Source: Camelus dromedarius (Eukaryota). Taken from it: 64,000 nt of DNA. Position 1 is the first letter of the stretch; the number at the start of each line of letters is the position of its first letter. The stretch is from assembly GCF_036321535.1 (NCBI RefSeq), contig NC_087436.1:120344001-120408000 (forward strand), read 5' to 3'. The notes under the pieces are model-generated. The model saw only the letters and a program-made list of their open reading frames with translations, searched no databases and was not told the origin of the DNA. Positions 63,712 through 64,000 of this stretch are shown here, one piece after another. The translations under genes were made by a program, and so were the position numbers.

Positions 63712-64000
63712 GTGCATGAGTGCCCCAGGGCTGCGGGGAGAGCACCACAAACAGAGGGCTTGAAACAACAGACTGGAGGCAGACGTCCCAGCCAAGGTGT
63801 GAGCAGGGCTGCCTCCCTGAGAGCCTCCGGGGGAGGGTCCTGCCGCCTCTTCCAGCTCCGGTGGCTCTAGGCGTCCCTGTGGCTGCATCGTCCCAACCTC
63901 CGCCTCCGTCTTCACGTGGCCTCTTCGCTGTGTCTGTGCCCTCTCCTCCACCTCTCCTGTCACTGGATTAAGGGCCCACCAGAGAACCCAGAATCATCTC
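63712..64000 (-). mobile_element. MaLR LTR (MLT1C-like), truncated by the window end
   Basis: ggcttgaaacaacaga, aggtgtgagcagggctg, ctcttccagctccggtggc, gtcactggattaagggcccacc. Confidence 0.72.

Overview
GC-rich mammalian genomic DNA, very probably camelid (alpaca/llama/camel), because it carries two Vic-1-type tRNA-Ala-derived SINEs. The window spans the head-to-head ABLIM2 / SH3TC1 region. On the minus strand are the ABLIM2 CpG-island promoter and first coding exon (ATG AGC GCA G|GTGAGT, 14510-14501); bases 1-14500 are ABLIM2 intron 1. On the plus strand is the 5' part of SH3TC1: a likely non-coding first exon near 45770-45934 and eight coding exons (52415-63431). These splice GT-AG into one uninterrupted frame of 1088 nt, ending in the SH3 domain; the gene continues beyond the window. 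The rest is intron/intergenic DNA with MaLR/ERV LTRs, old L1/L2/MIR fragments, hAT-type DNA transposon relics and simple repeats. I found no convincing previously undescribed biological system. The best leads are SH3TC1 5'-leader control (two uORFs plus an in-frame N-terminal extension), a 7-aa deletion and a poison tandem donor in exon 7, paired ZNF143 motifs at the ABLIM2 promoter, a CTCF motif between the genes, a MER41-type LTR, a (GGGGCC)4 repeat and a 20-bp-period degenerate array. Almost all ORF-track entries are spurious GC-rich frames. Gene and repeat names come from recalled sequence similarity, not database searches; repeat boundaries are approximate.
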